A DNA stretch of 64,000 bases from Acidimicrobiales bacterium (GTDB lineage: Bacteria; Actinomycetota; Acidimicrobiia; Acidimicrobiales; Aldehydirespiratoraceae): positions 2,425,442-2,489,441 of the forward strand of contig OY730440.1 of assembly GCA_963422655.1 (NCBI GenBank), read 5' to 3'. This document shows positions 17,717 to 26,964 of this stretch, piece after piece (the stretch's first letter is position 1; each line of letters opens with the position of its first letter). The translations under genes and the position numbers were made by a program. The notes below the pieces were generated by a model, which had not been told where the DNA came from, did not search any database, and was given only the letters and a program-made list of their open reading frames with translations.

Positions 17717-18376
17717 TTGGCCTTGATTATTTGGTGCTGGTCGGTCAAAGGTGGAGTGGGTACCTCGGTGGTGGCGGCAGCCATCGCCCTGCGGATGGCC
17801 CGCAACGGGCGTGACGTAACGCTGGTCGATCTGGACGGCGACCAGCCCGAGCTGCTGGGCTTGGTCCGACCGGTGGCACCGTCCGAGCCGGGCATCAGCG
17901 ATTGGGTCGCTGCCGGCGAGGGGGTACCGGCCGATGCCATCGGCCGGTTGCTCGAAGAGGTGGTCCACCGGCTGCGACTGCTCCGGACCGGGTCGGTCCC
18001 GCTGGCCGGAGCCGACCGCGATCGGTTACGGCTGGCCTTGGACGTATTGGCCGGGTCCGGCCCGGTGGTGGTCGATGCCGGTCTCGACCTCGACTGCATC
18101 CGGTCCGACCTCGGCGAACCCCACCGGTCGGTGTGCGTGTTGCGACCCTGCTTCTTGGCCATCAGCCGGGTGCAGCGGGCGGCCGGCTCCATCGATCACG
18201 TGATCTTGGTGACCGAGCCGGGTCGAGCCCTGCGCAGCAGCGACATCGCGGCTGCTGTCGGGGCCACCCGGATCGACCGCATTGCCTGGGATCCCAGAGT
18301 GGCCCGAGCCGTCGATGCCGGCACCATGGCCGGGGTCCTACCCATGCCGCTGCGCCGTTTCGATCTGCCGGTATGA
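17717..18376 (+). CDS. CpaE/TadZ-like ParA/MinD-family ATPase (pilus assembly)
   Basis: Deviant Walker A SVKGGVGTS close to the N-terminus. Start is TTG 17717 or 17723; the long upstream extension in the ORF track is Arg/Pro-rich and unlikely to be coding. Confidence 0.7.
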   Translation: MALIIWCWSVKGGVGTSVVAAAIALRMARNGRDVTLVDLDGDQPELLGLVRPVAPSEPGISDWVAAGEGVPADAIGRLLEEVVHRLRLLRTGSVPLAGADRDRLRLALDVLAGSGPVVVDAGLDLDCIRSDLGEPHRSVCVLRPCFLAISRVQRAAGSIDHVILVTEPGRALRSSDIAAAVGATRIDRIAWDPRVARAVDAGTMAGVLPMPLRRFDLPV

Positions 18377-19494
18377 AGGCGTCGTCGGGACTGGTCGACG
18401 CCGTGCACCGCAAGGTGCTCGACGCCGATCCCCGGACCCCCCTGACCTCAGCCGAGGTGACGGGCATCGTCCGGACCCTCGACCCGCTGGCCCGACCCGA
18501 GGCAGTCGACGACGTGGTGGCTCGGGTGGTGGCCCGAGTGGAGGGGCTGGGTCCTATCGAGCCCCTACTGGCCGACCCCACCGTGAGCGAGGTGATGATC
18601 AACGGGCCGGGTCCGGTATGGATCGAGCGGGACGGCCTGACCTGCAAGAGCGGCGTGTCTGTGGATCGGACCGCGGTCGACCTCTTGATCGAACGGATCG
18701 TGGGGCCCCTGGGCCGACGAGTCGATCAGCGAACGCCTTACGTCGACGGGCGGTTGCTCGACGGGTCCCGGGTCCACGTGGTGGTACCCCCGATAGCGGT
18801 CGACGGCCCCTACGTCACCATCCGGCGGTTCGTGGTGGCCGACGTGGCTTTGGAGATGTTCGCCGAGAAGGTTGTGGTGACGCTGCTCGACGAGTTGGTC
18901 GAGCGGGGCGCCAACGTGATCGTGAGCGGAGGAACCGGCGCCGGCAAGACGACCCTCCTCAATGCTCTGGCCGGTCGAATGAGCCGCGATCTGCGGATCG
19001 TCACCATCGAGGACGCGGCGGAGCTCCGATTCGGTCATCCCCATGTGGTTCGCCTCGAAGCCCGACCCGAATCCCGCGAGGGCGGAGGTGAGGTGACCAT
19101 CCGCGACCTGATCCGCAACGCCCTGCGGATGCGACCCGACCGGCTGGTGGTGGGTGAGGTGAGAGGACCCGAGGCCCTCGATCTCCTCCATGCCCTCAAC
19201 ACCGGTCATGCCGGTTGCCTGTCCACCATTCATGCCAACAGCCCCGTTGACGGGCTGCGCCGGCTGGCCACGCTGGCTACGGCCGCAGCCGAACGCCTCC
19301 GATTGGAAGCGGTCCGGGACCATGTGCAGGCCGCGATCGACGTGGTCGTCCACGTCGAACGCGGGGCACGAGGTGTGCGTCGTATCGCTGAGATCGCCGA
19401 AGTGATCTCGGGCGACCGGGTCCGGCGGCTGGCCGACAGCGCCGGCGTGACCGGCGGACCCCGCCGACCGGCCCGGGTCGCAGGGTCGGCGTGA
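18373..19494 (+). CDS. CpaF/TadA-family type II/IV secretion ATPase
   Basis: VSEVMINGP, Walker [32 protein letters not shown]. The ATG overlaps the upstream stop (ATGA). Confidence 0.92.
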   Translation: MKASSGLVDAVHRKVLDADPRTPLTSAEVTGIVRTLDPLARPEAVDDVVARVVARVEGLGPIEPLLADPTVSEVMINGPGPVWIERDGLTCKSGVSVDRTAVDLLIERIVGPLGRRVDQRTPYVDGRLLDGSRVHVVVPPIAVDGPYVTIRRFVVADVALEMFAEKVVVTLLDELVERGANVIVSGGTGAGKTTLLNALAGRMSRDLRIVTIEDAAELRFGHPHVVRLEARPESREGGGEVTIRDLIRNALRMRPDRLVVGEVRGPEALDLLHALNTGHAGCLSTIHANSPVDGLRRLATLATAAAERLRLEAVRDHVQAAIDVVVHVERGARGVRRIAEIAEVISGDRVRRLADSAGVTGGPRRPARVAGSA

Positions 19495-20183
19495 TGGTGG
19501 TCATAGCGGCCGGTCTGGTCTTTGTCGCTGTTGCTTGGTTCCGGCCCCCGCCTCGGGGCCGTTCGGCTCGACCGGCCGGGCCGGTAAGGGCCCTCACCGA
19601 GGCCTGGGCTCGTATCCGGACGCAGTTGCGTCCCGACGACCACGCCATCGTGGTGGCAGAGATGCTGGAGTTGGTCGCCCGGGCGTTGCGGGGTGGTGCA
19701 TCGCTGCCCGTGGCGCTCAAGACGGTCTCGGCCGAACTGCCCGAAGCCGATCTGGCTCCGGTGCTCCGGCGGATCGCCGGCGGTTTGAGCGTGACCGAAG
19801 CCCTCGACCGTTGGGCCCTCGACGCTATCGACAGCGGAGCCCGCACCGCCCGCCAGACCGCGGCGGCTCTGCTCATGCTCGGGCATGGATCCGGTGCCGC
19901 CATGGCTGCCAGCCTCGACCGGGCCGCCGCTTCCATCCATCAGCGCCGAGCCTGGCGCGACGAGATCCGAGCGCTCACCGCCCAGACCCGGGCTTCGGGT
20001 CTGCTGGTTGCGCTGGCCCCGGCCGCTTTCGGTCTGGTCGTCGCCCTCGTGGACAGTGAGGCTCTGGCGGTGCTGGTGACGACCCCCATCGGGTGGTTCT
20101 CCCTTTCGGTTGGATTGGGGTTGGAAACCCTCGGGGTGTGGTGGATGACCCGGTTGACTCGGGGAGTGTCGGCGTGGGAGTGA
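19491..20183 (+). CDS. TadB-like type II secretion system F-family membrane protein
   Basis: 230 aa with hydrophobic N- and C-terminal segments. Position after tadA; ATGA overlap. Confidence 0.7.
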   Translation: MMVVIAAGLVFVAVAWFRPPPRGRSARPAGPVRALTEAWARIRTQLRPDDHAIVVAEMLELVARALRGGASLPVALKTVSAELPEADLAPVLRRIAGGLSVTEALDRWALDAIDSGARTARQTAAALLMLGHGSGAAMAASLDRAAASIHQRRAWRDEIRALTAQTRASGLLVALAPAAFGLVVALVDSEALAVLVTTPIGWFSLSVGLGLETLGVWWMTRLTRGVSAWE

Positions 20184-20983
20184 GCTGGTCGGCCGGGCTG
20201 GCCGCCATCCTGGCTGCGGTGGCCGTGGGGTTGCCTTCGACTGGGACCAGACGGATCCGCAGACGACTGTTCGATCCCGGTTCGTCGACACTGCCGTCTC
20301 GGGGCCAGCGCCGTTTTGATCACGGGAACCTCGGGCCAGTGGCCCTGCTGGAGTGGTTGGGCCGGCTCCTGCCGGGCGCTGAACCCCCCGACCATGCCGT
20401 CATCGGTGCTGCCGCGATGGGACTGGTGGCAACGGCCGTGGTGGCCGGCCCGATCGCCTGCCTCGTCGGGCTGGTGGCTGTGGCCGCCCTTCTGCGGGCC
20501 CGGGTCCGAGCTCGCCGGCTCGAGCATCAGCGGCGGGTCGAGTGGGGGCTGCCCGAGGTGGTCGACCTGCTCGGCTTGGTCGTGGGCGCGGGGCAGCCCA
20601 CGGCACCGGCTCTGGCCGTCATCAGCCCCCGCACCCCCGAGCCCTTCCGGTCGGAGCTGGCCGACGTGGTGAGACGATCATCGGCAGGTGAGCCCTTCGC
20701 CGAGTCGATGCGGCGCCTGCGCCGATGTCTGGGGCCGGCTGTGGCGCCCTTGGTGCACGCCGTCGTGGCGGCCGAAGCCGACGGGGTTGCATTGGGTCCG
20801 GCTCTGGTCCGGGTCGGTGACGAAGCCCGTCGGCGCCGCCGGGTGAGGGCCGAGGAGGCGGCCCGCCGAGTGCCGGTGCTCATGCTGTTCCCGTTGGTGT
20901 TCTGCGTACTGCCCGCCTTCGGGCTCTTGACGGTGGTTCCGCTCGTGGTCGGGTCGATCGCCGACCTCGGTTTGCCGGGCTGA
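20180..20983 (+). CDS. TadC-like type II secretion system F-family membrane protein
   Basis: GTG 20180 overlaps the tadB stop (GTGA). TM segments at both ends; C-terminal VLMLFPLVFCVLPAFGLLTVVPLVV is typical. Confidence 0.65.
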   Translation: MSWSAGLAAILAAVAVGLPSTGTRRIRRRLFDPGSSTLPSRGQRRFDHGNLGPVALLEWLGRLLPGAEPPDHAVIGAAAMGLVATAVVAGPIACLVGLVAVAALLRARVRARRLEHQRRVEWGLPEVVDLLGLVVGAGQPTAPALAVISPRTPEPFRSELADVVRRSSAGEPFAESMRRLRRCLGPAVAPLVHAVVAAEADGVALGPALVRVGDEARRRRRVRAEEAARRVPVLMLFPLVFCVLPAFGLLTVVPLVVGSIADLGLPG

Positions 20984-20989
20984 GCTTTG

Positions 20990-21037
20990 TCTTGGTGCCC
21001 GCCTCTCTTGGTGCCCGCCTCTCTTGGTGCCCGCCTC
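20990..21037. repeat. Perfect tandem repeat, 3 x 16 bp (tcttggtgcccgcctc)
   Basis: Read directly. It starts 7 bp after the tadC stop and lies in the only non-overlapping junction of the Tad operon. Confidence 0.95.
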
Positions 21038-21077
21038 TCGCCCGCTTCCCCCCGATACCTGGACCCGAGGAGGACCA

Positions 21078-21278
21078 TTGATCGAGAAACCCGACCATCC
21101 GAAGGGCCCCGAACCCCGAACCGATAGCGAACGGGGCCAGACCACAGCCGAGTACGCCTTGGTCATCCTGGGCGCGGCCGCGGTGGCGCTGCTGGTGCTG
21201 GCCTGGGCAACCGACACCGGCATGGTGTCGAACCTGCTCGACACGGTGATCCGAAGCGTCGCCGACAAGGTGACGTGA
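21078..21278 (+). CDS. Flp-like/DUF4244-type prepilin
   Basis: TTG 21078 is preceded by gaggagg (21067-21073). ERGQTTAEYALVILGAAAVALLVLAW resembles actinobacterial Flp-type pilins. Confidence 0.6.
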   Translation: MIEKPDHPKGPEPRTDSERGQTTAEYALVILGAAAVALLVLAWATDTGMVSNLLDTVIRSVADKVT

Positions 21279-21679
21279 CCCGGCGTCGGCAAGGGAGCCG
21301 GCCCTGCTCGGCGGTGGCAGGCTTCGATTCCCAGCGGGGCCAGTCGACGGTCGAGCTGGTGATGCTGTTGCCGGTAGTGGCGGTGCTGGTGCTGGCGCTG
21401 GTGCAGATCGGCTTGCTGGTACGGGTCCGAGTGATGATCACGCACTCGGCTCGTGAAGCGGTCCGGGAGGCGGCCGTAGGCGGCAGCGACGCCGAAGTTC
21501 GGCGGATCGCAGCCGCGGCCGGCGACCTGGATTCAGCGCGCCTCGACGTGAAAGTGCGTCGAGTGAGGGATCGGGTCACCGTGGAACTGCACTACGACGA
21601 TCCGACCGAGGTGCCTGTTGTCGGAGCCTTGATCGGTGATGCCGGATTCGAGGCGCGGGCCACGATGCGGCTCGAATGA
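21275..21679 (+). CDS. TadE-like pseudopilin
   Basis: QRGQSTVELVMLLPVVAVLVLALVQIG TadE N-terminal motif. GTGA overlap with the pilin gene. Confidence 0.7.
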   Translation: MTRRRQGSRPCSAVAGFDSQRGQSTVELVMLLPVVAVLVLALVQIGLLVRVRVMITHSAREAVREAAVGGSDAEVRRIAAAAGDLDSARLDVKVRRVRDRVTVELHYDDPTEVPVVGALIGDAGFEARATMRLE

Positions 21680-22071
21680 GTGCTGACCGCCCTGGCCCGG
21701 CCTCGGGTACCGTTTGCGCGATGCAGTCCACGGTTCGTAGCTGTCTCCGACCGCCGTGGACCGTTCTGATGATTTCGGGCGAGCTCGACGTGGCGGGCGC
21801 TCCCGCGGTGCGTCAGGCCGTGGTATCGGCCGTCTCGGGGGGTGGAACCCGCCTGGCACTCGACCTCAGTGGGGTCGATTTCGTCGACTCCTTCGGTGTT
21901 GGTGTGGTGGTGGGAGCGCTCAAACGGGTGCGCCAGCGGGGCGGGGAGCTGGCGCTGGTGTGTCCGGTGCCGCGGATCCGCCGGGTGTTCGAGATGTGCG
22001 ACCTGGACCGGATCCTTATCTTGCACGAATCGCTCGACGACTTGGGGAACCCGATCGAGTCGGGGCTGTGA
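21676..22071 (+). CDS. STAS-domain anti-sigma-factor antagonist
   Basis: ISGELDVAGAP..LALDLSGVDFVDSFGVGVVVGALK..VFEMCDLD. ATGA overlap with tadE-like. Confidence 0.8.
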   Translation: MSADRPGPASGTVCAMQSTVRSCLRPPWTVLMISGELDVAGAPAVRQAVVSAVSGGGTRLALDLSGVDFVDSFGVGVVVGALKRVRQRGGELALVCPVPRIRRVFEMCDLDRILILHESLDDLGNPIESGL

Positions 22072-22523
22072 GCAACTACGCCACTGCGGGTGAGATCGTG
22101 GTGGAGATCCCGGCTCGGACCGAGCTGATCTCGTTCGTGCGGGTGGTTCTGGCTGCCGCGGCCGAGATCGAACCGCACATGGACCCGGACCGTGTCGAGG
22201 ACTTGCGAGTGGTGGTGTCGGAGGCGACGACCAACGCTATCGATGCCCATGTGAGCACCGGCCGCGACAAGCGGATCCGAGTGGAATGTAACCTGGCCGA
22301 GGACCAAGTGGCGGTGGTGGTCCACGACGAAGGACTAGGATTCGACCCTGATGCGTTACCCGAGCTGCCGCTGCCCGAGTCTCCTGAGCGGTTGCTCCAC
22401 GAGTCGGGCTTGGGTATTCCGCTGATGAAGATCCTTGCCGACGAATCGGAGATCCGCTCCGGCGCCGACGGTACCGATGTGCGTCTGGTCGTGTACTCCA
22501 CCCGGCGTCGGGATCACCGGTAG
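22068..22523 (+). CDS. Anti-sigma regulatory factor (RsbW/SpoIIAB-like HATPase serine kinase)
   Basis: N-box SEATTNAIDAH, HDEGLGFD, GLGIPLM. GTG 22068 overlaps the STAS stop (GTGA). Confidence 0.75.
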   Translation: MSNYATAGEIVVEIPARTELISFVRVVLAAAAEIEPHMDPDRVEDLRVVVSEATTNAIDAHVSTGRDKRIRVECNLAEDQVAVVVHDEGLGFDPDALPELPLPESPERLLHESGLGIPLMKILADESEIRSGADGTDVRLVVYSTRRRDHR

Positions 22524-22550
22524 CCGGGCCGCACCCGCCAACTCCCTGCG

Positions 22551-23954
22551 ATGGTCAGAGAACCACAGCTCGACCCCTCACCGTTGACCTGGATGGGAAG
22601 CGACCGTATGCTGGCCCGCCGCATCGGCCGTCCTCTGCATCGTTTCCTACGCATCGAAGCGGCTGGCGGCATCTTGCTGCTGATCGCCACGGCGGCCGCG
22701 CTGATCTGGGCCAACTCACCGTGGCAGGACTCTTATCACGAGATCCTCGGCACTCATGTCCGCATCGGTCTCGGCAGCCTGATCATCCTCGACGAACCGG
22801 TGGAGGCATGGATAAACGACGCCTTGATGGCCATCTTCTTCTTCGTCGTGGGTCTGGAGATCAAGCGCGAGATCATCGTCGGGGAGCTGCGCGATCCCCG
22901 AGCGGCGGCGATGCCCGCGATGGCCGCGCTGGGCGGCATGGTGGTTCCCGCCCTCGTCTACTTTGCTTTCAATCCCACCGGGCCGGCTGCTGACGGCTGG
23001 GGCATTCCCATGGCCACCGACATCGCCTTCACCCTGGGGGTTGTTTCCCTTCTGGGCGCCCGGGTTCCCACCACGATCAAGATCTCTCTTCTGACCCTGG
23101 CCATAGTCGACGACATCGGCGCTATCTTGGTGATCGCCATCTTCTATACCGACGACCTGTCGGCGGAGTGGCTGCTCGTGGCGGTGCTGGGGATCGGCAC
23201 CTTTTTAGTGCTGAGACTGGCCGGGGTGTGGTACGCCCCGGCTTACGTGGCAATCGGAATGTTCATATGGCTGGCCGTGTTCGAGTCCGGGGTCCACGCC
23301 ACTATCGCCGGTGTGATCGTCGGGATCATGACCCCGGCCCAACCTCTCATCGACAGCGGTCGGGTGGGCGAAGAATTAGTGGGACAAACGGCCGGGCAAG
23401 ATGTCAGCGCGCCGATCGTTCGCCGGGCCTACTTCGAGCTACGGGAGCATGTGTCAGTGGCCGAACGCCTCGACGACATTCTGCATCCGTGGTCGAGCTT
23501 CGTGATCATCCCGATATTCGCTCTGGCCAACGCCGGTGTCGAATTGTCGTTGGACTCTCTCGCCGAGGCGGCCCGTTCGCCGGTGACCCACGGGATCGTG
23601 GTCGGTCTGGTGGTCGGCAAGCTGGTGGGCGTGTCCTTGTTCACGTGGGCCGGTGTGCGGACTGGTCTGTGCCGGTTGCCCAGCGGCGCCAACTGGTCTC
23701 ACATCATCGGACTGGGGGCCGTAGCCGGTATCGGCTTCACCGTGTCGCTGTTCATCTCGGGGCTGGCCTTCGATCCGGACGGGTTGACCGGGGGGTTGGG
23801 CGACGAGGCGAAGATAGCCATTCTCGCCGCTTCGGCCCTGGCCGCCATTGTCGGTGCTGTTGTCTTTGCTGCTTCCGGGACCGGATCTCGACTCGAGCCC
23901 GACCGGGACCGGCCCGAACCCGGCGTAGCCTCGTCGCCACGAAACACTCGATGA
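22551..23954 (+). CDS. nhaA: Na+/H+ antiporter NhaA
   Basis: FLRIEAAGGILLLIATAAALIWANS, FFFVVGLEIKRE, ATDIAF, LAIVDDIGAI. The start could be 22593 or 22608. Confidence 0.9.
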   Translation: MVREPQLDPSPLTWMGSDRMLARRIGRPLHRFLRIEAAGGILLLIATAAALIWANSPWQDSYHEILGTHVRIGLGSLIILDEPVEAWINDALMAIFFFVVGLEIKREIIVGELRDPRAAAMPAMAALGGMVVPALVYFAFNPTGPAADGWGIPMATDIAFTLGVVSLLGARVPTTIKISLLTLAIVDDIGAILVIAIFYTDDLSAEWLLVAVLGIGTFLVLRLAGVWYAPAYVAIGMFIWLAVFESGVHATIAGVIVGIMTPAQPLIDSGRVGEELVGQTAGQDVSAPIVRRAYFELREHVSVAERLDDILHPWSSFVIIPIFALANAGVELSLDSLAEAARSPVTHGIVVGLVVGKLVGVSLFTWAGVRTGLCRLPSGANWSHIIGLGAVAGIGFTVSLFISGLAFDPDGLTGGLGDEAKIAILAASALAAIVGAVVFAASGTGSRLEPDRDRPEPGVASSPRNTR

Positions 23955-24006
23955 TGCATGGGACCGAACGCACCCCACTCGGAACAGGACGGCAAAGGAA
24001 TCTCAG

Positions 24007-26958
24007 ATGCAAGGCATTCCATCCAGGCCCGTGCCCAACGCTCTGGTAATCGTCGAGTCACCGGCCAAGGCCAAGACCATCGCCGGATACCTCGGCGACG
24101 GTTTCGTGGTGGAGTCGTCGATCGGCCACGTACGAGACCTCCCTCGCGGCGCAGCCGAGGTGCCCAGGGCCTACAAGGGCGAGTCCTGGGCCCGGATGGG
24201 CATCGATGTCGACAACGGCTTCAAGCCGCTCTACGTGGTGAACTCCGACCGCAAGCCCCAGATCAGGAAGCTGAAGTCGTTACTGAAAGACGCCAACGAG
24301 CTGTTCTTGGCCACTGACGAGGATCGCGAGGGTGAGGCCATCGCCTGGCATCTGCTCGAGGTCCTCAACCCGAAGGTGCCGGTGAAACGCATGGTGTTCC
24401 ACGAGATCACCCCCGAGGCCATCAGTGCCGCGGTCCGATCACCCCGACAACTCGATCGGCGTATGGTCGATTCCCAGGAAGCACGGCGCATGCTGGACCG
24501 GCTCTACGGCTATGAGGTGTCCCCGGTGCTGTGGAAGAAAATCCTGCCCCAGCTCTCGGCCGGCCGGGTCCAAAGCGTGGCCACCCGGATAGTGGTCGAG
24601 CGGGAGAAGGAACGGATGGATTTCGTTTCCGCCGGGTATTGGGGCATCACCGGAACCTTCGTAGCCTCCGGACCGGAGCCGGACGAACGGTCGGAGTTCG
24701 AGGCTTCGCTGTCGGCGGTGGACGGGATTCGGGTTGCCGTCGGTCGTGACTTCGGTCCTGACGGCCGGGTGTCCCGTGACGCCACGTTGGTGGTCGACGA
24801 GGCCACCGCGGTGAGGTTGGCCGAGGATCTGCAGGGGGCCGACTTCATCGTCGATTCCCGGGAGTCCAAGCCCTACCGGCGCCGGCCCGCGGCTCCCTTC
24901 ATCACCTCGACCTTCCAGCAGGAAGCAGCTCGCAAGCTCAAGATGCCGGCCACAGCCGCTATGAGGGCCGCTCAGGGGCTCTACGACAAAGGTTTCATCA
25001 CCTATATGCGCACTGACAGCACTTCGCTGTCAGCCGCGGCAGAGATCGCGGCTCGTTCGGTGGTCGTCGAGCGTTTCGGCAAGCAGTTTCTTCCTGATCA
25101 GCCCCGCAAGTATGTCACCAGGGTGAAGAACGCGCAGGAAGCCCACGAGGCCATCCGCCCGGCCGGGGATTCCTTCCGGTCACCAGCCGATGTGACCAGT
25201 CGTGTTCCCCGGTCCGAGGCCCGGGTCTACGAGATGATCTGGAAGCGCACCCTGGCCAGCCAGATGATCGATTGCACCGGCGAGACGGTGCAGTTGCGTC
25301 TGGGGGCGGCGACAACCGCTGGTGGCCGGGCCGTGTTCGCTGCCAGCGGTACCGTCATAGGTTGTCGGGGCTTCCGCGAGGTGTACGAGGAAGGCACCGA
25401 CGAGACCGACAGGGCTGTTGAGTCCACCGACGAGCGTCGACTGCCGCCGGTGCAGGCAGGAGACACCGTCAGCAACGACAAGATGGACCCCACCGCCCAC
25501 CGGACCAAGCCCCCGGCCCGCTACACCGAGGCGTCGTTGATCCGCCGGCTCGAACAACTCGGCGTGGGCCGGCCCTCTACCTACGCCTCCATCGTGAGCA
25601 CCATCGCCGACCGAGGCTACGTGTGGAAGAAGGATTCGGCGCTGGTGCCGTCGTTCACCGCCTTCTCGGTGGTCAACCTGCTCGAACGACATTTCCCCAA
25701 ACTGGTCGACTACGACTTCACCGCCGAGATGGAGGACGACCTGGACAGGATCGCCCGAGGCGACGAGGAGTCGGTCCCGTGGCTGCATCGCTTCTATTTC
25801 GGTCACGACGACGATCCCGGACTGAAGGAGAAGGTGTCGGGTCGTCTCGTCGACATCGACGCCCGGACCGTCAACTCGGTCCGGCTGGGGGTGACAGCCG
25901 ACAGCTCGCCTGTCGAGGTTCGAGTCGGCCGCTACGGCCCATTCGTGCAGATGGGCGACGACTCGGCCTCGATCCCCGAAGACATCCCCCCCGACGAGCT
26001 CACCGTCGAACGAGCCCTCGAATACCTCGACCAGCCCCGGGTGGGCCGCTTGGTGGGCACCGATCCCGACACCGGGCTCGACGTCTACGCCAAAGCTGGC
26101 CGGTTCGGCCCTTATGTCCAGATCGGCACCAGCGACCAAGTGGCGGGCAAACCCAAGACGGCGTCGCTGTTCGAGACCATGAGCCTGGAGACGGTTACCC
26201 TGGCCGAAGCCCAGCAGGTGCTGTCGCTGCCTCGCACGGTGGGCGCCGATCCGGCCGACGGGATCGAGATCACCGCGCACAACGGCCGTTACGGGCCGTA
26301 CGTGAAGAAAGGCTCCGAGAGTCGCAGTATCGACAGTGAAGCAAAACTGTTGTCCATCACCCTGGACGAATGCCTTGAACTCTTGGCTCAGCCCCGACGG
26401 CGGCGAGGTCAGGCCTCGCCCAAGCCACCACTGCGGGAGTTGGGACCCGATCCCGAGACGGACCGGACCATGGTGATCAAGGACGGGCGTTACGGTCCCT
26501 ACGTCACCGACGGCGAAGTCAACGCCTCGCTGCGCAAGGGTGACACCGTAGAAGGGCTGACCGAGCTGCGAGCCTCGGAGTTACTGGCCGACCGTCGGGC
26601 CCGGGGGGCGGCCCCCAAGCGCAGATCCACCGGTAAGCGCGGGGCCAGGACCACGGCGAAGAAGGACACCGCCGCCAAGAAGGGAACGGCCGCCAGGACC
26701 ACGGCGAAGAAGGGCACCGCCGCCAAGAAGGGAACGGCCGCCAGGACCACGGCGAAGAAGGGCACCGCCGCCAAGAAGGGAACGGCCGCCAGGACCACGG
26801 CGAAGAAGGGCACCGCCGCCAGGACCACAGCCGATGGGAGCCCTTCTGAGACTGGGCAGATTCTCGACCCGATTCCTCTCGGTCCGCAAGACCCCGTCGA
26901 CAAGAACGCAGTAGACCAGAACGCAACTGAGACCAGAACGCAACTGAGAAAAGACTGA
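24007..26958 (+). CDS. topA: DNA topoisomerase I with Lys/Ala/Thr-rich repetitive C-terminal tail
   Basis: Toprim start LVIVESPAKAKTI, LATDEDREGEAI, and GFITYMRTDS containing the active-site Tyr. Confidence 0.97.
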   Translation: MQGIPSRPVPNALVIVESPAKAKTIAGYLGDGFVVESSIGHVRDLPRGAAEVPRAYKGESWARMGIDVDNGFKPLYVVNSDRKPQIRKLKSLLKDANELFLATDEDREGEAIAWHLLEVLNPKVPVKRMVFHEITPEAISAAVRSPRQLDRRMVDSQEARRMLDRLYGYEVSPVLWKKILPQLSAGRVQSVATRIVVEREKERMDFVSAGYWGITGTFVASGPEPDERSEFEASLSAVDGIRVAVGRDFGPDGRVSRDATLVVDEATAVRLAEDLQGADFIVDSRESKPYRRRPAAPFITSTFQQEAARKLKMPATAAMRAAQGLYDKGFITYMRTDSTSLSAAAEIAARSVVVERFGKQFLPDQPRKYVTRVKNAQEAHEAIRPAGDSFRSPADVTSRVPRSEARVYEMIWKRTLASQMIDCTGETVQLRLGAATTAGGRAVFAASGTVIGCRGFREVYEEGTDETDRAVESTDERRLPPVQAGDTVSNDKMDPTAHRTKPPARYTEASLIRRLEQLGVGRPSTYASIVSTIADRGYVWKKDSALVPSFTAFSVVNLLERHFPKLVDYDFTAEMEDDLDRIARGDEESVPWLHRFYFGHDDDPGLKEKVSGRLVDIDARTVNSVRLGVTADSSPVEVRVGRYGPFVQMGDDSASIPEDIPPDELTVERALEYLDQPRVGRLVGTDPDTGLDVYAKAGRFGPYVQIGTSDQVAGKPKTASLFETMSLETVTLAEAQQVLSLPRTVGADPADGIEITAHNGRYGPYVKKGSESRSIDSEAKLLSITLDECLELLAQPRRRRGQASPKPPLRELGPDPETDRTMVIKDGRYGPYVTDGEVNASLRKGDTVEGLTELRASELLADRRARGAAPKRRSTGKRGARTTAKKDTAAKKGTAARTTAKKGTAAKKGTAARTTAKKGTAAKKGTAARTTAKKGTAARTTADGSPSETGQILDPIPLGPQDPVDKNAVDQNATETRTQLRKD
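26647..26826 (+). repeat. In-frame tandem repeat, about 3.7 x 48 bp encoding RTTAKKGTAAKKGTAA
   Basis: Units start at 26647, 26695, 26743 and 26791 and are nearly identical. Confidence 0.9.
26915..26948 (+). repeat. Perfect tandem duplication, 2 x 17 bp (accagaacgcaactgag) inside the last codons of topA
   Basis: Read directly. It is not a multiple of 3, so it sets the present topA C-terminal frame and stop (26956-26958). Confidence 0.9.
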
Positions 26959-26964
26959 GACTCG

